Shown here piece by piece: positions 29,474 through 38,393 of a stretch of DNA of 64,000 nt; position 1 is the first letter of the stretch, and every line of letters begins with the position of its first letter. A program made the translations under genes and the position numbers. This stretch comes from a bacterium (lineage in GTDB: Bacteria > Patescibacteriota > Microgenomatia > Daviesbacterales > UBA10151): NCBI GenBank assembly GCA_021786105.1, contig JAJYNW010000018.1:1-64000 (forward strand), read 5' to 3'. The notes beneath the pieces were generated by a model. The model saw only the letters and a list, made by a program, of their open reading frames with translations. It was not told the origin of the DNA and ran no database searches.

Positions 29474-29851
29474 TTACGATTTAATGATACCAAGCTGTAT
29501 TAGTGCAATCATAAATATTAATTCCACACCAATAATGATAAAAGAATATTTATTTGCTTGGCTAGCCTTCTTTTGGAATTGATTTTTCCAGCAATAATAA
29601 TAAAACGCTCCTGCTATTGCCGGATTCAGTGCTTCTGTAACTATTACCTGTATTTTTTCATTTCCACTTAAAGCAACATTACCCTGTCTAGAATTTTCAA
29701 CCCTTTTAATCAAGTAGAGTACGTATACTAAAATTAGCAAAAATATTACATTTGCATTTAAATAGTTCTTAGCCAAAAAATTAATCAAAAGAAATGGCAA
29801 ATTTAAAATAGCTATTAGAGTAAAGACAATATATCTTTTAATCATTTTCAC
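29474..29851 (-). CDS. Hypothetical membrane protein
   Basis: AT-rich, 3-4 hydrophobic segments. Confidence 0.6.
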   Translation of the reverse strand: MKMIKRYIVFTLIAILNLPFLLINFLAKNYLNANVIFLLILVYVLYLIKRVENSRQGNVALSGNEKIQVIVTEALNPAIAGAFYYYCWKNQFQKKASQANKYSFIIIGVELIFMIALIQLGIIKS

Positions 29852-29900
29852 CTCTTTTCTGGGAAAAGGATATAAAATTATAGTAACACATTTCTACAGC

Positions 29901-30332
29901 CTAAAAGGTAATTGCATTTGAAGACAATACAACGCTTAACCCTAAAAGAGTTATTACAAGTATTTCAAGAATTGATACTCTCAGTACTCCTAACCGTTTA
30001 TTCCAATCAAATTTCGGGAAGAATGCAGATACAAAATTGACAATTCCAAAAACTAAGGCTACCCATCCATAAGCAGTGAATATATTTCCAAGCTTTTGTT
30101 GTAATACCAGTAGCCCTTGAGACACCAGAAAAATCCCGTCTACTAACCACTGCGCTCTATCTTTAAATAGTGGATTTTGTTTAATATGTGCCAAAATCGG
30201 CGTCTCTCTTTGCATAGATACATATACACCAGGAGTCATCTTTCCAGTTTGGAGAGCAAAAAGATTTAATATATAACCGATTGGAGTCAAATATAATAGC
30301 GTCAGCAAAACTTGCTGAGCAAAACGCTTCAT
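29901..30332 (-). CDS. Hypothetical membrane protein
   Basis: Hydrophobic ORF; TACAAT 6 nt before ATG 30332. Confidence 0.65.
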   Translation of the reverse strand: MKRFAQQVLLTLLYLTPIGYILNLFALQTGKMTPGVYVSMQRETPILAHIKQNPLFKDRAQWLVDGIFLVSQGLLVLQQKLGNIFTAYGWVALVFGIVNFVSAFFPKFDWNKRLGVLRVSILEILVITLLGLSVVLSSNAITF

Positions 30333-30391
30333 ACCACCATTGTAACAAATCAACCAATTTCTGATTTAAATATGCTAATATATCCTCCGCT

Positions 30392-32293
30392 ATGCCCAAC
30401 CTCTTAGATGATCTCAACCCCCAACAACAAGAAGCTGTTAAATCTACTGAGGGCCCATGTTTGATTTTGGCTGGAGCTGGTTCCGGCAAAACCCGTGTTT
30501 TAACCTACCGGGTGGTTTATTTAATTTCCGAGAAAAAAGTTCCGCCGGAAAATATTTTAGTTTTGACTTTTACCAATAAAGCCGCCGGTGAAATGATGGA
30601 AAGAATCAGAAAACTAATCTCTCATGATCCAAATACAATTGGTCACGAACCGATGATGGGAACATTTCATTCATTTTGCGCCAAAATCTTACGCCGGGAA
30701 GGCAAAGTTTTAGGCTTGCCGCCTGGTTTTGCCATTTACGATGAGGGCGACGCTTTGGATGCAATCAAAGAAGCTATGGGTAATTTAAATATTCCCACCC
30801 AAAAAACTTCTCCCTACGCTGTCAGACATACTATTTCCGGGGCCAAAAACGAATTGATCTCCTCTTTGGAATATCCGCAATATGCCCGGGGTTATTTTCA
30901 GGAAATTGTGGCCAAAATCTATCTGGAATACCAAAATATTTTAGAAAGAAATCATGCTCTGGATTTTGATGATTTATTACTATATACGATTAAATTATTT
31001 AAAACAGACCCGGCAATCCTAACCAGGTACCAAATCCAATTTCAATACATTCTAATTGATGAATACCAGGACACCAACCCGGCCCAGTATTTAATTTCCA
31101 AATTTTTGGCCAACCGCCACAAAAATATTTGTGTAGTGGGTGATGCCTCCCAATCAATTTATTCTTTCCGCGGGGCAGATTTTCGCAACATTGTTAATTT
31201 TCAGAAAGATTATCAGGGAGCCAAAGTTTTTAATTTAGAACAAAATTACCGTTCCACTCAAAATATTTTGGATGCAGCCCATGCAGTCATCTCCAAAAAC
31301 CGGTCCCACCCTATTTTAAAACTCTGGACCGATAAAGACGGCGGCGAAAAAATCGAGGTAGTGGAAGTCAGAAACGAAGTCGAAGAAGCTCTTTTTATAA
31401 TCTCCAAAATAACTGGGCAGGAGCAAGTGAGCGGGATTGCCGACCGAAATACTGTTCTGTCCAATTTTGCCATTCTTTACCGCACCAATGCCCAATCCCG
31501 GTCTCTGGAAGAACAATTCTTAAAAGCCGGCATCCCCTACAAATTGGTCGGCGGCGTCAGTTTTTACGAAAGAAAGGAAATCAAAGATGTCCTGGCCTAT
31601 TTGCGCTTACTGCAAAATCCCAAAGATTCGGTTTCATTAAAAAGGGCTGAAAAAATCGGTAAAGGCAGACTGGCTAAAGTAATGGAGCTGGTTGCCGAAA
31701 TTTCCCCACAACTGGAAAAATATGCCACTTTAGATTTACTGGACCGAATTTTGCAAAAAACCGGCTATTTGGCTTACATTGACGACAATACGGAAATCGG
31801 TAAAGCCCGGGTAGAAAATGTCAAAGAACTGCGTTCAGTGGCAGAAGAATTTCCTAATTTGGTGGAATTTTTGGAAAATGTGGCTTTGGTGGAAGCTTCC
31901 GACTCGCCGAAACACCGACACACTGATACACTGACCAATGATGCCGTCACCTTAATGACACTGCATTCTGCTAAAGGCTTAGAATTTCCGACCGTATTTA
32001 TGGTAGGAATGGAAGAAGGCTTGTTTCCTCATTCTAGATCCATGCTGGATATGCGGGAACTGGAAGAAGAAAGGCGATTGTGTTATGTCGGCATTACCCG
32101 AGCCAAGGAAAAATTATATTTAACATATGCTAGACAAAGGTTGTATTTTGGTCAAAGAAGTAATAACTTAGTATCCAGATTTTTAACTGATATACCGGAA
32201 AGCTTAATTACCAGTAATATTAGTTACAAAGATGAAAATAGTTTTAATGATAAACTTATGGATGCTGATGAGGAAGATTGGCTGAATGCCTAA
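30392..32293 (+). CDS. pcrA: ATP-dependent DNA helicase PcrA/UvrD
   Basis: LAGAGSGKTR, TFTNKAA, DEYQD, VGDASQSIYSFRGA, LMTLHSAKGLEF and EEERRLCYVGITRA motifs. Confidence 0.97.
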   Translation: MPNLLDDLNPQQQEAVKSTEGPCLILAGAGSGKTRVLTYRVVYLISEKKVPPENILVLTFTNKAAGEMMERIRKLISHDPNTIGHEPMMGTFHSFCAKILRREGKVLGLPPGFAIYDEGDALDAIKEAMGNLNIPTQKTSPYAVRHTISGAKNELISSLEYPQYARGYFQEIVAKIYLEYQNILERNHALDFDDLLLYTIKLFKTDPAILTRYQIQFQYILIDEYQDTNPAQYLISKFLANRHKNICVVGDASQSIYSFRGADFRNIVNFQKDYQGAKVFNLEQNYRSTQNILDAAHAVISKNRSHPILKLWTDKDGGEKIEVVEVRNEVEEALFIISKITGQEQVSGIADRNTVLSNFAILYRTNAQSRSLEEQFLKAGIPYKLVGGVSFYERKEIKDVLAYLRLLQNPKDSVSLKRAEKIGKGRLAKVMELVAEISPQLEKYATLDLLDRILQKTGYLAYIDDNTEIGKARVENVKELRSVAEEFPNLVEFLENVALVEASDSPKHRHTDTLTNDAVTLMTLHSAKGLEFPTVFMVGMEEGLFPHSRSMLDMRELEEERRLCYVGITRAKEKLYLTYARQRLYFGQRSNNLVSRFLTDIPESLITSNISYKDENSFNDKLMDADEEDWLNA

Positions 32294-32296
32294 GTC

Positions 32297-32995
32297 ATGA
32301 TGGAAAAATATTTAGGCATTCTTTTAATCATTGTCCTAACCATATTTGCCAAAAGCGTATGGCGGGCACCGGCTGTTTTAGGAGAATCTACTCCTTCTTT
32401 GCAGGAAACCCTGCCGGTTAATCAACCCGTTCACACTGAATCCTCTTTTACGGAAAAACTGCAGGAAGAAACTGAGGTTTTACCTAAAAAAACCGTTTAT
32501 GAAGATGATCCGGAAACAGAGGCCGGTGAAGAAAAAGTGTTAGAGGAAGGCACAGATGGCAAGAAAACCAAGATTTACAAAATCACCTATTCCAAAGACG
32601 GCGAAGAATACGACCGGGATTTGGTATCAGTAGAAACCACGCCAGCCAAAGATAAAAAAATCTCCCGCGGCACTAAAATTGTCTGGAGAACTTTGGATAC
32701 ACCCGATGGATCTATTCAATATTGGAAAAAAATGCGGGTTTACGCCACTCACTATGATTCCCATTGTCCGGGTTGTGATGAATGGACGGCCATCGGCATG
32801 AGGCAAGGCAAAGGCGTAATCGCCGTTGACCCAAAAGTTATCAAGCTCCGTTCTAAAGTTTACATTCCCGACTATGGCATGGCAGTAGCCGGTGATACCG
32901 GCGGGGCCATTAAAGGCAATATTATTGATCTTGGCTTTGAAGATGCCAAAACAGCTGGTTGGAGTGCGCACTTTGTGGATATCTACCTTTTGTAA
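32297..32995 (+). CDS. G5 plus 3D domain cell-wall protein
   Basis: G5 segment (GEEKVLEEGTDG...RGTK); 3D motif IAVDPKVI...GMAVAGDTGGAIKGNIIDL. Confidence 0.9.
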   Translation: MMEKYLGILLIIVLTIFAKSVWRAPAVLGESTPSLQETLPVNQPVHTESSFTEKLQEETEVLPKKTVYEDDPETEAGEEKVLEEGTDGKKTKIYKITYSKDGEEYDRDLVSVETTPAKDKKISRGTKIVWRTLDTPDGSIQYWKKMRVYATHYDSHCPGCDEWTAIGMRQGKGVIAVDPKVIKLRSKVYIPDYGMAVAGDTGGAIKGNIIDLGFEDAKTAGWSAHFVDIYLL

Positions 32996-33004
32996 AACAA
33001 AAAG

Positions 33005-33149
33005 CAAGCTCTGCTTAATTCCGAGTCTTCGAGGAATCAAGCTCTGCTTAATTCCGAGTCTTCGAGGAATCAAGCTCTGCTTAATTCCGAGTCTTCGAGG
33101 AATCAAGCTCTGCTTAATTCCGAGTCTTCGAGGAATCAAGCTCTGCTTA
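33005..33149. repeat. Perfect 33-bp tandem repeat, 4 full copies plus 13 nt
   Basis: CAAGCTCTGCTTAATTCCGAGTCTTCGAGGAAT at 33005, 33038, 33071, 33104 and partial at 33137; no spacers. Confidence 0.95.
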
Positions 33150-33150
33150 T

Positions 33151-33798
33151 TTATTGTAAAAACTTAAAGCCGGATAAGATTTTCTCCCCGTTCTCCCCGA
33201 TGATCCTCAAAAGATACATCCGGCCTTGATTTGATAAATATAGGTATTTTGGCGAACCGGGCTGATATAACACAATTTTATATTTGGTAGTTTGACCGGC
33301 AACGACGACTTCTTCATCAGGAGTGACATGCCCTTTTGAAGCCCAGTCAAACACCCCCCAAAGAAAAGGGTAATACCAATATTTATCAAACCATTTATCA
33401 GCAATCAAATTATCCGGATTATCAAATACCCATACAGAAAAGGGATTGTTGTCATAATTCTGATCTTTTCCTAAAACCACCACAACTCCCGCAACTTTAC
33501 CCGGCTCGTATTGCACATAGTTGGCAAAATTCCGTCTAAAATTCCCACCACCTCTTTTGCTGTATTCCTCCTCCGAGTCTTCTTTCACCTGAAAATCTTT
33601 TGGATATTGGAATGCTAAGCCCAAGTTGTTGTCATTGTAAGTTTGGATTTGCAGAGTTTGCACCGGAGTTTTCCAAATTTTTGGTACGGCTAAAACTGAA
33701 GGTGAAGGTTTTATTAAACCTAGAAAGAGCAGACTAATCAAACCGACAATAATCAGTACAATAATCACAAGAAAAAGAGTGGCAGTACCCTTTTGCAT
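33151..33798 (-). CDS. CPR surface protein (prepilin-like N-terminus, PsbP-like domain)
   Basis: MQKG plus hydrophobic stretch; TYNDNNLGLAFQYP; ends KILSGFKFLQ like the pseudogene at 10136. Confidence 0.75.
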   Translation of the reverse strand: MQKGTATLFLVIIVLIIVGLISLLFLGLIKPSPSVLAVPKIWKTPVQTLQIQTYNDNNLGLAFQYPKDFQVKEDSEEEYSKRGGGNFRRNFANYVQYEPGKVAGVVVVLGKDQNYDNNPFSVWVFDNPDNLIADKWFDKYWYYPFLWGVFDWASKGHVTPDEEVVVAGQTTKYKIVLYQPGSPKYLYLSNQGRMYLLRIIGENGEKILSGFKFLQ

Positions 33799-33863
33799 GA
33801 TAACTCCATCATAGCATAAATTCACTCTTGCCAAGATGCAACCAGTTCTGTTATTATCGGTCA

Positions 33864-34520
33864 ATGATGAAGAAACCTACTTCAAAACCTAAATCAGACC
33901 GACCCTTTAGCAAAATTAATAGCTTACTTGAAAAGTTTTCATCTGCTAGAAATCTGAAGTCATCAAAAACATTTTATCTTATTCTGATCATTGCCGGTCT
34001 TTTACTTTTGGCAATCTATAAAAAGAATTGGTTTGTAGCCGCCACAGTTAACGGCTCGCCTATCACTAACCTGGAATTGCAATCCCGCCTAAATCAGCAA
34101 TTCCGGACTCAAACCTTAAATCAACTTATTGATGAAAAAATCATTTTAGGGGAGGCGGCTAAGAAAAACGTCGTAGTAACCGAGACGGATATTGATAAAA
34201 AAATCTCGGAAATAGAAGCGCAGGTGGGAGGAGCACAAGCTTTGGATTCTCTACTGGCTCAGCAGGGACAGGACAGAAATAGTATCAAGCAACTCATCAA
34301 ATTACGGTTGATTGTTGAGAAGCTCTATACCAACGAGGCCACGGTTTCCGCAGAAGAAGTTAACAGTTTTATAGAACAGAATAAAAACCAACTGCGGGCT
34401 ACAGATTCTGCCGGACAAGAAAAAGAAGCCTACGATGCCATTAAAAGCCAAAAATTATCCCAAATCTCTGCACAAAAATTCCAGGAACTCAAACAAAAAG
34501 CCAAAACCCAACTATTTTAG
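33864..34520 (+). CDS. SurA N-terminal domain / PrsA-like foldase lacking a PPIase domain
   Basis: VAATVNGSPIT, TLNQLIDEKII..EA, ends ELKQKAK. Confidence 0.8.
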   Translation: MMKKPTSKPKSDRPFSKINSLLEKFSSARNLKSSKTFYLILIIAGLLLLAIYKKNWFVAATVNGSPITNLELQSRLNQQFRTQTLNQLIDEKIILGEAAKKNVVVTETDIDKKISEIEAQVGGAQALDSLLAQQGQDRNSIKQLIKLRLIVEKLYTNEATVSAEEVNSFIEQNKNQLRATDSAGQEKEAYDAIKSQKLSQISAQKFQELKQKAKTQLF

Positions 34521-34575
34521 TTTTTGATTCTCACGAAAAACTCCTTATAATCTCTTCCTGTTATATAATTGTTAG

Positions 34576-35649
34576 ATGAATCTTAAAACAATCAAAGATA
34601 ACCAGAAAAAAGAATATAACAAATTAGCCACTCATGTTATCCAATCTTGGGAATGGGGAGAATTTAGAAAAACCTTAGGAATCCCCCTCCTCCGATATGG
34701 TTTATACCAAAACGGCAAATTATCAAAAGTCTTCCAATTAACCTTACACAAAATTCCCTTTACTAATCAATACGTTGGCTATTTGCCCAAAGGACCTTTC
34801 CCGGATGCTGAACTGGCAGAGGCTTTAACAGAAATCGGCAAAAAAAATAACTGCGCTTTCGTCAAAGTTGAACCGAATGTAGTTACTTCTGTCATTCCTG
34901 CGAATGCAGGAATCCAAAAAACGGACTCTAGTTCGGAATCGGATCCCGACATTCGTCGGGATGACAAAACTATAGATTCTAGTTTTATTAAATCCCCCAA
35001 GCCCCTGTTTACCAAATATAATTTCGTCCTTGATTTAACAAAATCAGAAACAGATCTTTTAAAAAATATGCATTCCAAAACCAGGTACAACATTAAGGTG
35101 GCCAAAAAACACGGAGTGGAAGTGAAAGAGCTATCAGACAATGGAGCCTTTGAAATTTATTTAAAACTTTATTTTGAAACCACCCGCCGACAAGGTTACC
35201 ACGGACACAACGAATATTACCACCGGCAAGCCTGGAAAACTTTAAAGGAAGCTGGTTTAGCCAGATTACTGATTGCTTTTTATCAGGGCGAGCCATTGAC
35301 GGCCTGGATGCTGCTAAATTTCCAAGATACTCTTTATTATCCTTACGGCGGCTCCTTAAAAGCTCACCCGGAAGTCATGGCCAATAACTTGGTGGCCTGG
35401 GAAGCTATTAATTTGGGCAAAAAATTAAAGCTAAAAAATTTTGACATGTGGGGAGCGCTGGGGCCTGATGCTGACCCAAAAGATCCCTGGTATGGATTCC
35501 ATAAGTTTAAACAAGGATACGGAGGAAAATTAACTGAATATGTCGGTACTTATGATTTAGTTTTTAATTGGCCCATTTATTGGCTGTTTACAGTTATCGA
35601 TAAATTAACCCCGCTTAAAATCTTTTTATTGAAATTGCTTAGAAAATAA
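34576..35649 (+). CDS. FemAB/FemX-family peptidoglycan bridge aminoacyltransferase
   Basis: IQSWEWGEF, YLPKGP, KTRYNIKVA, YYPYGGS, FDMWG and GFHKFKQGYGG motifs. Confidence 0.93.
   Translation: MNLKTIKDNQKKEYNKLATHVIQSWEWGEFRKTLGIPLLRYGLYQNGKLSKVFQLTLHKIPFTNQYVGYLPKGPFPDAELAEALTEIGKKNNCAFVKVEPNVVTSVIPANAGIQKTDSSSESDPDIRRDDKTIDSSFIKSPKPLFTKYNFVLDLTKSETDLLKNMHSKTRYNIKVAKKHGVEVKELSDNGAFEIYLKLYFETTRRQGYHGHNEYYHRQAWKTLKEAGLARLLIAFYQGEPLTAWMLLNFQDTLYYPYGGSLKAHPEVMANNLVAWEAINLGKKLKLKNFDMWGALGPDADPKDPWYGFHKFKQGYGGKLTEYVGTYDLVFNWPIYWLFTVIDKLTPLKIFLLKLLRK
34890..34966. repeat. Double GTCA-tagged palindromic element inserted in frame in femX
   Basis: TGTCATTCCTGCGAATGCAGGAATCC...GGATCCCGACATTCGTCGGGATGACA, translated as VIPANAGIQ...DPDIRRDD. 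Confidence 0.85.
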
Positions 35650-35656
35650 ATTTAAT

Positions 35657-36157
35657 ATGGACACCAGCTTAATCATTTCCGGCGGCATACTTCTTGGTTG
35701 CATTATCGGCTTATCCTGGTTTGCAGGATCCGATGCCCCTTTTGTTCCTACCAAGATGGACCAAATTAGAAAGATCTTAAAATTGGCCGGGGTGAAAAAA
35801 GGCAAAAAATTTTATGAATTAGGATCAGGGGACGGCCGGGTGGTATACGAGGCAGCCAAGTTGCATGCAAAAGCCTTTGGAGTTGAACAGTCCTGGCTCC
35901 GGGTTTTGTATTCTAAATATAAAGCCCACCGCTTAAATTTAATGAGTGCCAAATTTATGCATGGTAATATTTTTGCTAAAACTTATGGCGATGCCGATAT
36001 TATCTATATCTATCTTTTACATAAGGGGGTTAAAAGACTGGAAGACAAATTAAAAAAAGAATTAAAAAAAGGGTCAACAGTCATTACTCAAACTTATCAT
36101 TTCCCCAACTGGAAACCGTTTAAAAAAGAAGATAATTTTTACCTCTACCGCGCTTAA
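35657..36157 (+). CDS. Class I SAM-dependent methyltransferase
   Basis: APFVPT and YELGSGDGRV motifs. Confidence 0.88.
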   Translation: MDTSLIISGGILLGCIIGLSWFAGSDAPFVPTKMDQIRKILKLAGVKKGKKFYELGSGDGRVVYEAAKLHAKAFGVEQSWLRVLYSKYKAHRLNLMSAKFMHGNIFAKTYGDADIIYIYLLHKGVKRLEDKLKKELKKGSTVITQTYHFPNWKPFKKEDNFYLYRA

Positions 36158-36181
36158 GACCCAAAGGATCGCAAGCTTTGC

Positions 36182-36793
36182 TTAAAAACCCAATACTTCA
36201 CCAACTATAATTAAATCAATTCTATTTTGTTTAACTTCCTTATCAATAATTAGAATTTTATTAACTGAACTGCCCTTACCGTAGACTTTTTTCGCCCTTT
36301 CAATTTCTAGTGGCAAACAGTGTTCGTAAATCCGCTTTATCCCCTCATCGTTATTTTTAACAATTTTTTGAGCACCCGCTACCCAAATTACATGGGCTGA
36401 TCCAAAAACATAAGCCGGCAGCTGACTGCCACCCTGAGAAGCAATCAAAACATGTCCATCTTCAGTGATTGCATGAATACTACCAATCACCCACTCCGGC
36501 GCCGCTCCCAATTTCAGCATTGCCAAACCCTGCGTATCTTTATCCATACTCGTCAATTTTTTCCGAACTGAATTATATCTTCCGGATTCTACGATTTCTT
36601 GAGCAATCCCCAAAGTATCCAGAGTCACTGAAGTCATATTCATGATTTCTGCTCCTTTTGGAATTAAAGCAAAAACTTCTTTTCTCGCCTCTTCCCCGTT
36701 TTGAACAAATTTGGCATTAATGCCATTTGCAGCAAGTGCTTCAACAGTTTTATTAATTGTTTCTTGATTAGGTAATTTGTCCCATTTACTCAT
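36182..36793 (-). CDS. LUD-domain (lactate utilization C-like) protein
   Basis: GSIHAITEDG..LIAS..GSQL and VAGAQKIV motifs. Confidence 0.85.
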   Translation of the reverse strand: MSKWDKLPNQETINKTVEALAANGINAKFVQNGEEARKEVFALIPKGAEIMNMTSVTLDTLGIAQEIVESGRYNSVRKKLTSMDKDTQGLAMLKLGAAPEWVIGSIHAITEDGHVLIASQGGSQLPAYVFGSAHVIWVAGAQKIVKNNDEGIKRIYEHCLPLEIERAKKVYGKGSSVNKILIIDKEVKQNRIDLIIVGEVLGF

Positions 36794-37875
36794 AGTGAAA
36801 TTATCTTCTTTGTGGCATCAGTTAATTGCTTAAGCTTATCATCCTGTAAAACAAACAAATCTTCAATTCTCACTCCGCCAAAATCCGACAAATATATCCC
36901 CGGTTCAATGGAAAAAACCATGCCTGCTTTTAAAATATCTTTACTTTTCGGTGACAAATGCGGCCCCTCATGGACTTCTAAACCCACTCCATGACCCAAA
37001 GAATGAGGAATACTCGAATAACCTTTGGCAATAATATAATCTCTGGCTATTTTATCCACCTCAGCTGCTGTGATTTCTTTCTTAGCTTTAATGGCAGAAT
37101 TTATAAAATCTACTGCTTTTTGCTGGGCAGCTAAAACAACATCATAAATTTCTTTTTGTTTTACAGTTGGTTGGCCAACAAATATAGTCCGGGTCATATC
37201 AGAACAATAATTATTAAGCTTGACTCCAAAATCCAGCAACACAAAATCGTTTCCAGTTAGCTTGGTCTCCCCGGTTTGGTGATGCGGCACCGAAGAGTTT
37301 TTGCCAAAAGCCACAATGGTAGGAAAAGAAATTCCTGCCCCCCGGCATTTAATAAAATTTTCCATCTCCTGGGCAATTTCTTTTTCCGTCACTCCCACTT
37401 TAAATTTTTTTAAAATATGTTTAAAAGCTAAATCTCCTAATCTGCAGGCTTTTTCTATTTTATTAATTTCTTTCGGAGTTTTAATGCTTCTTAAATGGCT
37501 AACCTCAAAGTGTTTTGTATTTTTGAAATGCTTGCTAAAAACTTTATATTCAGCAACCGTTAAATTATCTTCTTCTATTCCTAAACTTTTGATTTCTTTT
37601 TTATGCTTTTTAAAAAGATCCGCTGTGGTTTTTTTATGTCCCCTTTCAAAAAGGGTTAGGTGAGAAACTTCCCTTTTGACTGCTTCCGTATACCTACCAT
37701 CGGTAATAATATAAGCAAAATCTTGACCAACAAAAACATAAGATTCCCGCTCATCTTTGGAAAAATTAGTAAAACCAGTAAGATAGACAATGTTGGCTAC
37801 ATCAGAAATTAGCACTGCATCAACTTTATCCTTTTCTAATTTTTGTCGTAGATCTTTTATTCTGCGTTGAAACAT
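36790..37875 (-). CDS. Xaa-Pro aminopeptidase (M24B)
   Basis: LDFG..YCSDMTRT, HSLGHGVGLEVHE and SIEPGIY..GGVRIED motifs. Confidence 0.95.
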   Translation of the reverse strand: MFQRRIKDLRQKLEKDKVDAVLISDVANIVYLTGFTNFSKDERESYVFVGQDFAYIITDGRYTEAVKREVSHLTLFERGHKKTTADLFKKHKKEIKSLGIEEDNLTVAEYKVFSKHFKNTKHFEVSHLRSIKTPKEINKIEKACRLGDLAFKHILKKFKVGVTEKEIAQEMENFIKCRGAGISFPTIVAFGKNSSVPHHQTGETKLTGNDFVLLDFGVKLNNYCSDMTRTIFVGQPTVKQKEIYDVVLAAQQKAVDFINSAIKAKKEITAAEVDKIARDYIIAKGYSSIPHSLGHGVGLEVHEGPHLSPKSKDILKAGMVFSIEPGIYLSDFGGVRIEDLFVLQDDKLKQLTDATKKIISL

Positions 37876-37885
37876 GAACCCCTTT

Positions 37886-38347
37886 TTAAAAAGACTTTGG
37901 TTTTAACGATGGTGGAGTTTCAGCCATTACTGTAAAACCTGGGCTTAAAGTTAAAGCTTCAACAATCTCTCTGCTAATCTCCCGTGCTGTTATATTAGTC
38001 GGGATATGTCGTTTAGGATGCAAAGCATAAGATTGTTCTTTTAAAGAGATTGTTTGTCTTTTTAAAGAAACAAAAATTTCTCCCGCATCAATTTGAACAC
38101 TATTTGAATCAGCTAATCTTCTAGCTACATATAGAAATTTCGGCACGTCATTAGCACCTAAACCCGGCTCCACAATTATACTTTCGTGGTTTACCCCCAT
38201 TCCATCGGGAGAGACCAAAACCAATTTACCAATTCTTACAAACTTTGCATAGCTAATTCCTTCTTGAGGTCCTTGAAAAACCTGACCTTTTAAAAAACTT
38301 AATGCCAAGTTTTTTGGGCTATATATAATCTTGTCTCTTTCAACCAT
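37886..38347 (-). CDS. Orphan hypothetical protein
   Basis: Co-oriented ORF filling the gap between the helicase and the peptidase; start uncertain. Confidence 0.6.
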   Translation of the reverse strand: MVERDKIIYSPKNLALSFLKGQVFQGPQEGISYAKFVRIGKLVLVSPDGMGVNHESIIVEPGLGANDVPKFLYVARRLADSNSVQIDAGEIFVSLKRQTISLKEQSYALHPKRHIPTNITAREISREIVEALTLSPGFTVMAETPPSLKPKSF

Positions 38348-38393
38348 AATGCTCAGAATTATAATTATCTTTCGGATTATTTGCAAAACTAAT

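Noticed and set aside
33005-33149. CRISPR array
   Set aside because: Units are directly adjacent and identical with no spacers; no cas genes in the window.
32627-33167. ORFs with IPRRLGIKQSL or KLCLIPSLRGI repeats
   Set aside because: Products of a 33-bp stop-free repeat overlapping real genes.
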